A DNA stretch of 64,000 bases from Setoptus koraiensis (GCA_048013815.1 CM106586.1:20026001-20090000); one strand, 5' to 3'. Positions 12,201-26,292 are shown, numbered from the stretch's first letter. The notes: generated by a model from the sequence alone, not told the origin. Translations and numbers: made by a program.

Positions 12201-15200
12201 GCATCCAAGACGAATGACCTCCACGAGCTTTGAGAGTTGCAAATCTTGCATCCGCCGGGAGAAGTTTCATGATTTTTATTGCGCGGCGGTCAACTTGTGA
12301 CTGTCAGACGACTGTCACAAATTAAACTGTTGTTGTTCACCATTTGTCATGGCCAGAGCCGGCCGCGGATGACGCAAATTCAACAAAACGTTACCCACCG
12401 TTATCTCTGGGCTCATTTGGGTGCCTCCTTGGCCTCTTTTGTCGCCTTGACCGTTGTTAACGTAACGGTCGCTGTACAGACAACTTAATAGAGCTTTTGG
12501 GGCACCATCATACACCATTAATATGTTGCCTCTTTCGTCGATTATTATCTGGCTTGTTTGCTTCATGTGGCCGCACGCACCGGTCATCTCGACAAATATC
12601 TATATATATATATATATAAATGTCTAGATATAGCGAGGCATCGGAGTTGTTCGTAGCAGAGGTTACAGTGCAATGAGAGCCACCCATTGCTGCCATTATG
12701 CTGCACCTTAAAGCGGCCACGACGCACAAACACAAACATCATACAACAAAATTTGTCCAGGCATCCCAACAATAAATGTATACGACAACAAAGTCAACTA
12801 ACAGAGAAGCAAACACACAACAAGTAAAAGCGTCAATGGGTTACGCTTATGTTTCTATTGTTATTACGTGAGAGTTGTTACGTAACGCTAGAAAATGGCT
12901 AGTAGTGGCGCCATTTGTTTAGGGCCACCGTTTGTTGATAGTTGCAGACGCAGTTGGCTTGGCGCTGACTTTGTGCCGGGCCACAAGTCAAGTTGCTGAT
13001 AGTGTTTGTGTTGCTGTGGTTGTTGTCACCGGCGTCAAGATCATTACGTTGTTGTCGTTGGTTGCTCAAGTGTGCCCCGCTTATCTAAATCTTTTGTGCA
13101 AACACCACTTCAATTATCACTAATGTTGCATCTAGCTGCTTGACCCTCTTACCTTGTTGCGGGCAATTTCGTAGCCTGCTCTCTGGCAGATAAACTCATC
13201 TGGCAAGCCGCTGCTTTGAGTGTTAGCGTCCGGATGATAACATTGCCTCATCGCAATGAGTTTGTGGCAGTGCGAAAACACAAATCTATGCATTGTCATT
13301 TTGCATCATTTCGCCTTGTTCGCAAACAACAATAAGCAATAAGAACAGTGCAATGGGAACGCTGTTACATGTTGACACATACTCATGCTTATAAGCACAA
13401 ATATAAACACAACCGCACCCATTTTGTTTGTTTGCCGGCCATGGTGTCGGATATTTTGCGTCGGATAAATTCTGTACGCTAATGAGCTCGCCGTAACGCA
13501 GTCACGACGGATTGACAATCAGACATGCTGTCGCTTGTTCCATAGTTTTGTATCGCGCACTGGCCGTGTGACATGAGCCAAGAGTGACATGTCCGCAAGA
13601 TGCAAACATGGCCGCCTGTTGAGAACGGTCAGCCGTTGGTCGGTGGTGAATATCAGGTTGCGCAGTAGCAAAAGCTCGCTCGGCTGGCCTCTTTCAGCCC
13701 AATTCGGCCCAATTCGGCCCCGTTCGGCCCCATTTAGAGGCATGAGGTGACATGAATGAGGCAAGTTCAGGCAGCACAGTTGACACACACACAGCTTGCG
13801 TCGTGGCCGTTGGCCAGCGCCAGTGGCCGGTAATGGGGCCGAATGAGCGAATTAACTGATTTTGTCATTCTCGCTAAGCACACTGTCGCTAAGCAGCGAT
13901 TTCGAGCTGCGTGCCCGTATGTGCGCTTGTTGTGTCACAGCCGCACGAATCGTATGATGTAATAACAATATCATACTGCACCGCACAGCATGCTAGGCGG
14001 GATACGACATGATACGCAGTACGATGTACATGTAATATGGAGACAAAAACTGTTTGAATATATTGATATAGCACGCGTTTCGACACGATGCTGCGAACGC
14101 GGCGCAGTCTGGCAAGCGCCATTGTGCAACTCCATTATGGCATTACATCATTGGCTTGACCGGTTCGTTAATAGAGCGAAGCCAGACTTGTCTGGCGACC
14201 AGACACGGATGGTGCATCCTTCCTTCGCGTTATACCTAACAGCGGCGCCAACCGCAACAACAACAACTAGCGCGTCGCCGACAACAACAACCAGCGCGAC
14301 AACAACAACCATCGCGACAGCGACCAATAGCGCGACAGCGACAACAACAAATGAACAACAACAACCGAACGACAGCAACCACCAGCCAGCAACAACGACG
14401 TGATCAGGGCGCGCGCTTGTTTTGCTGTTGCGTGACCATCCGCGACTCCATATGTGTGTTGTGTGTTTGCGAGCCGCAAAAAAGTGGATACCATTATTAT
14501 TACTACTTGACTTGGCCTTTGGACATTCCCATGACACTGGAAATATCCAGCATGAATGGCGGCCGAGTGTGTCGCTACAGCGAGCACGACGCAGCCCATG
14601 GCGAACAAGCGAAAGTACAATTGTCGAAAGAATTAACCATCTCCATCGAGATAGCGCTCTTTTCGCCTCCATTTCTGCTCTCCGGAAACACTATAATAAT
14701 CAGGCGGGCCGTGGCGCGCGTTCTGGCAACATAATGAATGAGCCAGAGAGCGGGCCGCCGAAGCCGAACGGGCCAGCAGAGACAGCAGAGCCAACGGAGC
14801 CAGCAGAGGGGCGAGCATAGATCATAATTTAGCACGAGACACTAACACCACCATCAGCAAGTTCTTATGTAATGATGAATTCATCCTCATTACATCGCAT
14901 GGCATGCACACTATGGCGAGCGAGCGTCGCGTGTAACCATGTATGTGCATTACATAATGTGTGTCTAGGTAACCAGCCGGCCGGCCGACTGCGTTGTGAT
15001 GCTACGAGAGTGGTATAAAAATGCCCCCGCTTCACATGTAACTCGCCGTGTGCACTCGTATCAGTGCCCCCGTTTTTCACCATTGGCGGCCACTGGCGGC
15101 CACTGGCGGCGCCAACGCGTGCATCGCCACCAAACAACGCACCATTGTGGCGCACGTGCAAACAAGCAGACCAAGACGAGCTAATATACGAGCGATATAT

Positions 15201-15768
15201 CTCTTTATCTCGCCCACTGTGTGTGTATCTTCGTTCTATTTAATGCACTGTATTTGTGGTCCGGACGGCCCCGCCGGCTGGCCACTCTAGTCACTAGAGT
15301 CTAGTGGCACCCTTGTCGCGCCACCGTTGGCACCAGCAGCAACGTGGGCCCGGCAATACAATTACAATAAGCAAATTTCAGCTAGCGAGCCCGTCTGGCT
15401 TGGGGGCGCACCGGTCCGCTGAGCGCTCTGTCCGGCGCGCTCGGCCCCTCACTTGCGCTCCGTGCCCCGTGACACAAGCAACTGGCCGCCAGCTCGGTTG
15501 CAGTTGAAGTTGCGCTGTCACTTGTTTCGCTGTTGTTGTCGCTGCTCACCGCGGTTGACCGCGGGCGAGCTGCACCGTTGCTGCAACTCGCGCCACTACG
15601 TGCAAGCAGTGCGGCCGGCGTGCAAATATCAAATTTCTAAATATATTATAATAATGCAATAAGGCTAATAATGCCAGCGGGGCAATGAAACAGCGACACC
15701 GAACCGCACATCCAGTGGTTGTGTCGCCCGTGCGACCCGCATTTGGTGCGGCCGACGCCGGGCCGTTG

Positions 15769-15828
15769 CTAGATCAAACTGGACTAGATCAAACTGGACC
15801 AGATCAAGCTGGACCAGATCAAACTGGC
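15769..15828. repeat. Minisatellite, 15-bp unit (CTAGATCAAACTGGA) x4
   Basis: Units at 15769, 15784, 15799 and 15814, read directly. Confidence 0.9.
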
Positions 15829-16530
15829 ACAGTATCGCCGGATCGAACATGCCAGTGCGAGCTGGCAGGTCGCTGGCGCTCGATCATCGCGTCCGATCCG
15901 GATTGCGGTGCGTCGGACAGGTCGAATTGTGTCGCATGTCACACGAGTGACCTGCTGCGAGCGCTTGTTCGACATGAGGCGTCCGTGCCGGGCGACGGCG
16001 AGCGGGCACCCGAAGACCGTCCCTTGCTTGGTCGGTTGCTGGCAAACGAAACAAAAAATCGGCCCGAACCGTTTCTGGCGCGGCCGCCGCTGGCCGCCGG
16101 CACTGCAACGGAATAGCAGCCGTCGTTGGCCCGTGCGCACAATCGCCCGCCGACGGCTCTCGGCTGCATCTGACACGCCAGCGGGCAGCGACGCGACACA
16201 GGTGAGGCGCGATCTAGTTAGCTGGTCGGACGCGTCAAGTGTGGCCAATAAGTCAAGTGTAACGAGAGAGCGGCCGGCCGCGGATGAGCACAAACCCGTA
16301 GCTGGCTGCATGATTTATGAGTTTGTGCCAATGAGCCCATCCCTTGTCCGTGTGCGCTGGCCTGGCGCTGGCGCATCGTGGCAGGGCGTGCAGTATATTC
16401 GGCGAGCCTCGCCGGGCGATGATGTAAGCGGCGCACAGTTGACATTTCTTTGTTTGACCACTGTGACCATGATTGATGCGATGACCGGCCAATATTTGCC
16501 GCCTCATTGTTGCCATGAGAACGGCACAAT

Positions 16531-16596
16531 AGCGACACAACGGCCACGCAACAGCGACACAACGGCCACGCAACAGCGACACAACAGCCGCGCAAT
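16531..16596. repeat. Minisatellite, 22-bp unit (AGCGACACAACGGCCACGCAAC) x3
   Basis: Two identical units plus one diverged unit. Confidence 0.9.
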
Positions 16597-17229
16597 GGCG
16601 CGACACGAGAGCAGCAAAAGTGAAACAACAATCATCGCGCAAATCAACAGTTACGCTGCCCATGTCAGCGGGTGTAGCTCACCTGTGCTGCCTAAACGTC
16701 ACCGATGTAACGAGCGCAACGCCTCGCCAACGGCCGCTTCTCACGACTCATGCGACATCTACACGACATAATCGGCTAATTCAGTTTGTTTTTCCCATTC
16801 CCATACAGGTCCCATTAGAGGCAACTGTCGTCGCGACTTGTGCGCCGCCCGCCAAACAAGCAAGCCGCCCGCCATAGGCACCAAACGGCGCTACATGGGC
16901 CGGGTGAGCCAGCGAAAAGGTGAGTGGCTGTCTAATAAGTGTCTAATAATGTCAAACAATGTCAAAGCTGGCCCGTCGAGCCGTTGCGTCTGTCGAGCTG
17001 TCACATGAGAAATTCTTTTCGAGCGGTCGCATTTTTCTTTCACGCCAAGCAACTTTCGTGCCTGCCCGCCGGAGCCTGTTCGGCCGGGTGTGTTCGGCGG
17101 AGCCGCTCGCCCGAGTCTGTCGGTGGCTGTCGAACGGGGCGCTGCACTGCACAGTGCGCATCACATGAGAACCGCCGAGCGAAAGTAAGACACTCCGCTA
17201 ATATCTGCTCGCATCGATGACACCGCTCG

Positions 17230-17340
17230 CTTGCCGTCGCGGTCGCTGTTGTTGTCGTTGCCGTCGCCGCTGTTGTTGTTGCTGTCGTTGTTGTTGTCGT
17301 TGTTGTCGTTGCCGCCGCCGCCGTCGTTGTTGGTGCTGTT
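17230..17340. repeat. Imperfect (GTT/GTC/GCC)n trinucleotide tract
   Basis: Read directly; produces the C/R-rich and N/D-rich spurious ORFs. Confidence 0.85.
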
Positions 17341-20300
17341 GTAATTGGAGACTATTCTCGGCGCCATTAACTGGATGTATTAGGACAAAATCATTAGCAT
17401 ATTTCTACTAGCGAGGGGCGCCCCACTCCGGCGAGGGCGCTGGCATTGTTCTGCTGAGGCACTAGTGCGCCTGTCATCGCTACCATTATAGTGCGGCTAT
17501 AATGATAAGCGATCTCGCGAATCGTGACAACATTCTAAAAAACTGCCAGCCCAGCCACTAGAAATGCAGCGCCCGGCCTCCATGTGGGCCCCCATCTGTG
17601 AGCCTCTCAGCGAGCGCCCCCAACTTACAACTCACCGACGCTTGTTAGCTAGCTCGCATGATGCAATATTGTTTCGCTGTCGCCATCGAGTCGGCCCAAA
17701 TGGGGCCAAATGGACTAGCGCGAGCAAAGTAGTTTATGCAAGACTTTGCACTGATTTGATGGGCGCGCGTGAGGTGAAAGCGAAAGCAGTGCATCAATGC
17801 AAATATTGATCCATTTGTCAGCGAGCTCTACCAACCAAACAGCGGCCATCTCGCATGGACTTGACTACTCGCTACTGTGGCAACTCGATTTTTGTACCTA
17901 TCGATTAAAAGAGTGCGCCCAAAAGTCCGTTGAGACCGTACAGCGCCATGATGGGCAGCGCGCCTCACGATTCGCGAAAGTGCCCATCAAAATGCCAAAT
18001 AATTCAAATTCATGCTATTTCGCCAGCAACGCAATCAGATCGTCTGGTTTTTGGCCAATAATTCAATAATAATCCATCATGTGCACACTTAGGCACATGT
18101 CATAAATGCAAATGTGACGCGTCGTCCCTTGTTCAAACCCAAACGAAAATAACTGCCATTTCTCTCAGTTCAGTAACCTTGCGCCAGTGGCGCCCACGCC
18201 GCGACATGATATCATGGCACGAATTCAATTTAAATTGATTGATTGCGTCGGGGCAAGCGCTGGCCAGTTAGTTTTTGCTTTACGCGTTTGCGGCATCGCT
18301 CGACAGTGCGCTGTCGTATCTTGCGGCAAGCTCGACAAGACATCGGGCTGTTCTCTCCACGCACACTTGCGGTTTGCATGCGACCAATGGCGAATCGCTT
18401 GCGATTGCAAACGAGCGGCAACCAATCTCGGCCAATTGGAGAGTTGTCGAACTTGAAAAGCAGCGCGAAAAAGAGAGATCATTACTGGGCCGTTCTGGCG
18501 ATTGCATCGCTGCAAAGAATCGCCGACTCTGCGGCGTCTCGCGCCCGAAACGCAACCAATTGCGGGAATGCAGATAAAGGAATTGCGATAAATTTGCAAC
18601 TGCACGGGCACGAGACTCACTCAAATCGCGAGATAGTATCACCTGAAACAGGCGAATAATGAATTTGTGCCGGCGTGAATTGTAGTTGCTGCTCGCTCGG
18701 TTTGTAAATCACTGCCGGTTTGCGCTCACTGGCGCCTGTAGCACCACAAGAGAAATTCATCGATGTTGAAAATGTCGAGATTCGCTCTCGAGATTAAAAA
18801 TAATTATCATTGTATACAGGATGGGGGCTAGAAAAGTTTAGCTGTCAGGGGAAAATGTCGCGCTTGTTCCATTGTGACAGCGGTTGCTGCCGCTGCCGCC
18901 GCCGCCGCCGCTGTTGTTGAGCAGTTGATTTGGTCAACCGGGCCGAATGTAACTCTTGCTCAGACAAACGCGAGATAAGATTGATATGGCGCATTTAGTG
19001 GCGCCGGTCGTTAGGGAGCCGCGAGGGGAACGAGCGGAAAAGGGCCCGACCGAATTCAAAGAATGTTGTTTCGCGCTAATGCGATAAGATCTGAATTGAG
19101 CTCTTTCTCTCTCTCATTCTCCTCTATCATTGTCACGATCATTACATGCGCCCGGCGCGCGCTGCTGACAAACAATCGGTCCCCCGCTTGGTTTACGTCG
19201 AGGGCCGTTTCAGTTGTGTTTACTGTTTTCGGAACATGGCTCACTGCTCTCGGCGGCCACTGGCTAGAGAGCCGGCCCGAGTGACGAGTCCGACATTCTC
19301 TTTATTAACATCTCTATGCTCTCCACAGTAGCTCTTGCCAGTCGTTCTGGCTTGTCGTCTTGTTCTGGCCGCTTGCTGTGGCCAGAACGAGGCGAGTCGG
19401 GCCGCAGCAGCAACTCTTTTTATTCCGGCCCGTGGCTTCGGGCCGAGCAGCGGCAACACTGATTACATTGCTAAATGTATAATCATGAATGATGATGACG
19501 GCAGGAAATCTCAAGCTGTTTCTGTGTGGCACTCTCATCTGCATGTGCACCAGTTTGCTTTATCTTTTATCGCTGGCGTGTCGCGCTGTCGGCGGCCAAA
19601 CTAGCTCCTTTGTGCATTTGAATTTACTTAGGCCGCTGGTGGGGCCCCGCCGGTGGTGAAAATTAGGTATCAACAGGGGCGCCCGCTATCACAACTGTGC
19701 GCATGTTAGCTGGTGATTAATGTGCATTGATTGGCATGCTCTGTCGCAAAGCGGACACGACGCCAGCTATTGTTGCTTCCGGAGCGCAAATCTAATCCAT
19801 AACGACGAAACGGTATTGTTGTTGGCGCTATCACAACTCTGTTCCCCGGCGACTGCTAGCGCCAAAAATATCAAACATATATATCATTGCAGCGCTACAC
19901 GCGGCCCGCGACACATGCACACTGTGGCATGTGCTATATGGGTGTTTATTTGCCGGACCATTATTGCCGCTGGTGCTGCTATTATTATTTATTTATGCAC
20001 TCTCTGACTATTATTATTATACAGCTCGCCTCTCGGTACCTCAATTATATTCTTATGAGTGTGTCTCGCGGCGAGCGCACTCTCATATCAGTGTGTGAGA
20101 CTGGTGGCTGGCTATTATGCATGTCGCGGGGGCCGTGTTGCACTTGGATCAAGTCAATTACGGGCATTGCAGCGCCACCGACTAGAGACGCACTCGCTGG
20201 CCCCATGTCTCCGGCGCGTGGGCCAGCTCACCGAGTGCAAACCGCGGCCCCATAACGAGCACAATACCCCGCCGCCAAGTTAATCTCTTTGGGCCCCAAC

Positions 20301-23300
20301 TCGCACCCATGACTGGCACTGATGAGATTGGTCTTGGCGACTCAATTGCCACTGGGCCACAATCGCAGAAAAAAGCCAATAAATGTGGCTCGGTGCGGCG
20401 AGCTGTGCGACCCTGTGGCCCGATCGGCCAGTGCTAATTCCGGCCAGTGGGGGCGACTTAATCTCAGGAAACAAGCGAGCGGTTGTTGCGATTTATGCTA
20501 TCGCATTTCTATGTTTGCGCTATGGGCTTCTCGTCGCCGGTCCCGACGCACAACGGGCCGGCCGGCGGGCCCAGGTCGGCCGAAGTAACAATTGCAACAA
20601 TGGCACCAAAAACAACTCACACATGTATATGTTCATATATAAATGTGCGCGTTTATGGGGTCCACATTGCGGACGTGTTATGTTTTGTGCTGCGCTGGCT
20701 CAAGTGGCAAAGTAGCCAGTGCGTTCGCCGGCCACGCTTACCATAATTCAAGCTAATGTTATATGCCGCGTTATATCCGCGAACAGGGGTCCCCGTTTAT
20801 TGCGGTGGCCGGGGCCCGCGCTGAGTGGAATGTTACGCGCAAACACACATGGTCGGGTGTTGTGTTGTTTATGGACTATTTCGTCGGAGTTTTGCCCGAA
20901 ATCATTTTTGCGCGCCATCCGGCACGAGCAGCCAAGTGCCAATCAGGCGCATGCACTCGCATTATGCGCCGTATTATTACGTTATGTGTTATGTGCATTA
21001 TGAGCGCTTGGCGTGTATTAGTATTATTGCAAAAGTCAAGAATGCTGCCATCCATGTTGCACAATGAGCCACTCTGTCCCGCTCTGGCGTGCACATGCAC
21101 CCGCTGCAGTGGCGACACGGCCAGTTGAGCCAGTTGAGCTAGTGGGGCCCCAATGGGGCCCCACTGGCCACCGAACGAAGCGAACGGAACGAGAGAGCGG
21201 GGCCCAAGGCAAGCTAATGATGTTATTCATGACAATGACAATATTCTAATCACGTGTTGTCAGATGCATTATTTGATATTCATCGGGCATGTCGGCACGT
21301 AGCGCGTACACACAGCTGAGCTGAGCAGAGCTGAGCGGCTGGCGCCGGCCATCGGGCGACGGGCACCGGGGGCCGCACTCCAGCGCACCGCATGCCATGC
21401 GGATATGCGGCAGATATCTGGATATTTATAAAGATTGCATGATCACATGATTGCATGAACGCCTACATCGCACAGCCATCATGTGTGGCGGCTGTGGCCG
21501 GCCAACAGACGAATTGGCCCACTGTTTGGGGGCCAATTGTTGGCGGCCACGATTGCCGCGCACATGATACAATACAATCTGTCTGATTGTCCAGCCAGAC
21601 GCCCTAGTGGGACCCCATTGAGGCCCCGTCGAGACTCGCCCGCGCTCGGTGTGAGCCGACCGGCCAGTCGGTGAGGCCGGTGAGGCGCGGCGCCCGGCAA
21701 TGCTGGCGCAAAATGGACTCGTCTCGTGATGTCATGTGATGCTCGCATGCTAGGCTGCCGAGATGCCGGGTCGGCGCTGCAAAATTGCTTTTGCAAAATT
21801 GCGACCCGTTTACCGTTGCGATGCGCGCCATTACGCAACAGCGGCGGCATTAGCGCATAATTCACGTGAGTGACCCGCTGAACGCGGCACGGCAACGACA
21901 GCGACAACAGCAGAGACAACAACGACAACGGCAACAACAGCAGAGACAACAACGCCGGCGAGCCGCTCGCAAGCGGGCAAAAGTAATTCCAGTCGGATCG
22001 CGCCCATCGATTGCGCCGTCGTTTTTGTCGTCTTGCGGCGAGCGTAGCGGCGGCCCACGGGCCGGGTGCGCGACCAACATCGGCCATGCGGTATCATTAA
22101 TATCATTATTATTATGATTATTGTTGTTGTTGCTGTTATAGATATTAGTAGTTTGATGCGAGTGAGTGATGGTTGCTCACCGACCAGCGCGCTCCGTGTG
22201 CCCGGTGGCGCCCCTGTAAGCGGAGCGGGTGCCACGGGCCGAGATTTATGTTTGTTTGATCTGGCCTAGCGGCGGCGGCGGCAGCGGCTCACGTGAGCAG
22301 CCACCGGCGCTCGCGCGACACGACTGGCTGGATAAAAGCGAGTGGGCGCCACCAGAGCGCAACATTGGGGCCAGCGGCATCCGACCCAGATAAGGCCCAA
22401 AGAGGCGGAGATGTGCGTATCTATGTCTAGTCGGTGCGTTGTCTGGCGCGACACAAAATGCACAAAACGGCACTCGCTGCTGTTAAGCCCCCCTCCCCCC
22501 GCTCGCCTCAATCTACCTCCAACTGCGACCTCCAAGTCCGACGGCGGCTCCAACAGGGCGAATCCAATAGCAAGAAAGTGATCTGGCCCTCGCTGCCGTC
22601 TCTATTTGTACGCGCCGCTTGCCGACTGCGCCAAGTCGGCGCGGGCCCCGCGCCGGTTGGGGCGCTCCGAGTGATCGGGGCTGGCTGGCTGTCGGTCGGG
22701 ATTTAAGTGGGCCCGGCGCGCTTGTTTGCACGGGTGCAGGTTTTCATTTGCGCCCCTCGAACACACATACAAACGCACGAGCGCGGGTATTGGGGCCAGC
22801 GCGGGCTGTTGTACCCGCTATAAAGTTTGCATCGGCTTGCTTGTCGCAGTCGTCAAATTTAAGACCGGGCGACAAGCACCGCGGCACGTAATGAATTAAT
22901 GGATACACTTACTTGCCCACACCTAAAGCCCCCGTGCTCGCCGCGGGTTGCGAGCGGGCCTCTGCCCGACCCGCTTCTGTGAGTCTGTGGGTCTGTGAGG
23001 GGCGCCCGGCGGCCAGCGGCGCCGATTGAGCCGGATCGAGCCGGTAAGCCCCGTCGCCAGTGCGAGTGGCTTGCTTGTGGCGCGGGCCAGCAAGCCAGCA
23101 GCCAGCAGCTAGAAGCCAGTGGGGCCAGCATTGTGACATTACCGGCGTTGCAAATGGATTTTCTCTGTCTGATTAATGCAATGATCACATTAAATCAGGC
23201 TTATGACGTTACACGACGCTTGCGTCACACAGTAAGCCAGCCAGCCAGCCAGTCAGCCAGCGTACCAATGGCCATGTTGGCGCCGGTGCCGCTCGCAATC

Positions 23301-24352
23301 ATTGCAAGCAGCGACAAAATTGTCGTGTAGTCTGACCCACTGAGAGTCAGCTAGATTTGGGTCTTTTCTTCTCGTGTTTTGTTGTGCTTTTCGCTGTACC
23401 TTTGCACTTGTGTGCCGCAAACTAATAAGAGAGTGCCCAATGTCGTTGTGCGTGGCCCCTTTCGAGCGGGTCGCTAGCTCGTGTAGCCCGAAGGCGGCGC
23501 GCTGTTGGTGCCGGTAACGCGGGCCCCCGCTTCATATCGGACCCGCTAGAATCTTGGCGGATTAACGTGCTAAGTCGGCACTCAACCGCACCTGTCTGTT
23601 TGGCAGGCCGGCTTGACGAAGAAAAGCCAGAATGGATGCGCGAATTGGCATATTCGCGCATCTATTGGCCGCCGATTGGCCGGCGCCGGTATGTAATCCT
23701 CGCGTGCGTGCTGGATTTCGGTGGGCCCGCCGGCTTCGAAATGACAAATTCACCAATGGGCAGAGCCGAGTTGTGCAAACGAAGCGTCGCGTCATGACGA
23801 CAAAATGGCAAATTATCGGCCCAAAAAGTCGGCCCAATAGCAGTCGTGTGACACCGAGCTGGCGAATGAAAAGCCGGAAAGTTTGCAATTTCGCAAATTT
23901 ATGCGCACTCGCTCGCTCGCCGCGTCTACCTGTTGATGCTGCCGCATGGATTGTGCGCTCGCCGTGTTCGAGGTCAAGAGCGGCCAAGGAGCATTGTTGT
24001 CGCAATTGCGCCGACCGGCGACGACCGGTGACGACCGGCGACGACGAGAACGCTAACAAACTACGGCGCACAGTTTGTTGGGATGGCGGCCCTGCAACGC
24101 AAGCGAGCGAGCGACCGGGCTCACGCGAGAAAATGATGGATGAATATTGGCGTTGTTGTTGTGTCATTGTCGTGACTGGTCCCTCGAACAAACAGAAGCC
24201 CCTCTCGAGCACAGGCACGCAAACTGGCCAGGCCGGCGATTCGGCTGGCTGGCTGGCTGGCCGGCCGGCTACTTGGCCGGCATGAATGGCATGAATGATG
24301 GACTGTGCGCATCTGAATATATATCAAGATATTGTAATTATGCAAATTCGCA

Positions 24353-24416
24353 AGCTCGCAGAGACACAACCGACAGGGCAACATCATTTGTTTGTTGTGC
24401 GTCTGCAGCGGTGTGT
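24353..24416 (+). ncRNA. Candidate pre-miRNA of the miR-210 family (mature 3p about 24395-24416, UUGUGCGUCUGCAGCGGUGUGU)
   Basis: The 3' arm TTGTGCGTCTGCAGCGG matches the recalled miR-210-3p (TTGTGCGTGTGACAGCGG), including the seed UGUGCGU, with 1 substitution and 1 deletion. The upstream arm GCT-C-GCAGA-GA-CACAAC pairs with GTTGTG-CG-TCTGC-AGC, giving a ~60-nt hairpin folded by hand. Confidence 0.5.
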
Positions 24417-25400
24417 GTGCCCTTGTTACGTAACGCCGCCGCCGCCGCTGCTTATGCATTATGTAATGAAGACGCCACCAAGCGCACTGTTGTTGGGTCG
24501 CGCGCAATGTCAGACGCGAAACAATTACACACAATTCAATTCGGGCTGCCACTGCTGGGCTATTTATACGCTTCCAACTCCCCATTTGAAGTCGGCCGAC
24601 CGAGCGTCGTTTGGCGGCGGCGGCGCGCACGCATTATCCATTTCGAAACAAACATTTCGGGCTGCTTTGAGTGATGACAAGCGACAAAGAGGTCGCCAAA
24701 ATAGAGTGCACCATGGCGGATGAATATTTTTCACTGTTTGCGCGAATTCGCGACTGGCGCAGCTAGGCGCGTCTCAATTGACGCTGCTGCACACAAATCA
24801 GGCCCAACGTTTCAATCAACGTTCACAGGTATCGCCGTCGAGAGTGGACCGGCGAGTAATCACGCCAACGATGTCGCCAGTGCGACTATTGGGCCAACAA
24901 TTTGCAATTTGGCAAGACATTTGCGTCGAATGGTTTTTGCCAGCATCGCTGGCAAAAACGATTGCGGCGCTGTGACGGTGGCACTGTTGACCAGAGCAAC
25001 TCGTCCCAGAGCATCTATTTATCACGTGAGCAGCAACATGACAGAGCACTGACAAGACCACGTCAGGTGATAGCGGGCGCAGTTAGTTAGGCGCACAATC
25101 TCGAGAGATGGCTCACAGCGTGAATATTTGGAAACATTGTGATTTATCTCTTTGGCTGTTTATCTTTTTGCGAACAATATACTTTTACTGGCCGTTGACA
25201 GCCGTTACATAACAAAAGTGTTGGCGCGGCGACACAGTGGCGTATTGATGAAGCGCGCAAACACTTTTTAGGGCCGCCATATACACATGAGCACTATGCA
25301 CAATGTTGCTCACAGTGCCACAGGAGAGTGGCCCGGATTGTTCAATCGACCATTTACATTACGTAAAGTGTTATGTACTTTGCTTGTCTGGCCGGGGCTG

Positions 25401-25442
<42 letters not shown>

Positions 25443-25470
25443 CGTCGCCGTCGTTGTCGTTGTCGCTGTC
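25401..25470. repeat. (TGTCGT)n hexanucleotide tract; a (CAA/CAG)n-rich tract follows at about 25621-25712
   Basis: Read directly from the sequence. Confidence 0.85.
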
Positions 25471-25623
25471 GCGTTGTCGCTGTTGACGGTGACACACCAA
25501 ATAAACACACAACAACAACTGCAATCTTGGTTGCGCCACTGTCAACTGTGGCGACGATTCAAGTGTTTGTTCTCGTGGTAACTCGGGCATCGGAACGAGC
25601 CCCATTTGCAGCTCGCCCAGCAG

Positions 25624-25658
<35 letters not shown>

Positions 25659-26292
25659 ACAGCACCAACAACAGCACCAACAACGACAGCACCAGCGACA
25701 ACGGCAACAACAAAGTCAATACCATGATTGTGATTGATGATTCGTTAGCGCGTGCGACGTGCACACAGGCCCGGCCGCTGGTTTTTTATTTATGCCCGCC
25801 AGTGCCGTTAGTTGTTAGTGATCGTGGTGTGATATACATGCGATGTCTGGTGCATGCCTAGCCAACTTGTTATGCAAAGAGTTGTCGCGCTGCCAAGAAT
25901 TGCCTGCCGAAGATTGCGTTCGACGCAGCGCGTACCGGTTGGCGCCGCCGCGTAACTTTCGAACACTGTGCTGCAACATATATCAAGCTGGCCGGTTCAA
26001 CTGAGCCGGTTGGCGCCCAAGGGTCAAACATCGGGCCGGTGTGCACTGCACAAATTGGCCGCCGTTGGCCCGGCCCGGCCCGGCCAGGCGGGTTCGCCGC
26101 TGCGAGGTATGTCTCGCCGAACGGCCCTGCTGATTGCAAGCAACACACGCACTCTCCAGTTACAGTACAAAGAGTCTACTCACAGTAGTAATGATAACTG
26201 ATGAATGGGGCCCGTTGTTTGCGTGTCATCACTGAATCATCAATGGCCGACTAACGGCCGACAGGGGCCGAGCTGTAATGCGCCCTTAATGG

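Noticed and set aside
17476-17513. Short hairpin ATCGCT-AC-CATTATAG/CTATAATG-ATA-AGCGAT
   Set aside because: About 38 nt, too short for a pre-miRNA, with no known motif.
18739-18760. miR-29/995-like TAGCACCACA
   Set aside because: The pairing arm leaves a loop of about 45 nt and the 3' half does not match.
21585-21605. miR-219-like TGATTGTCCA
   Set aside because: No complementary arm at precursor distance.
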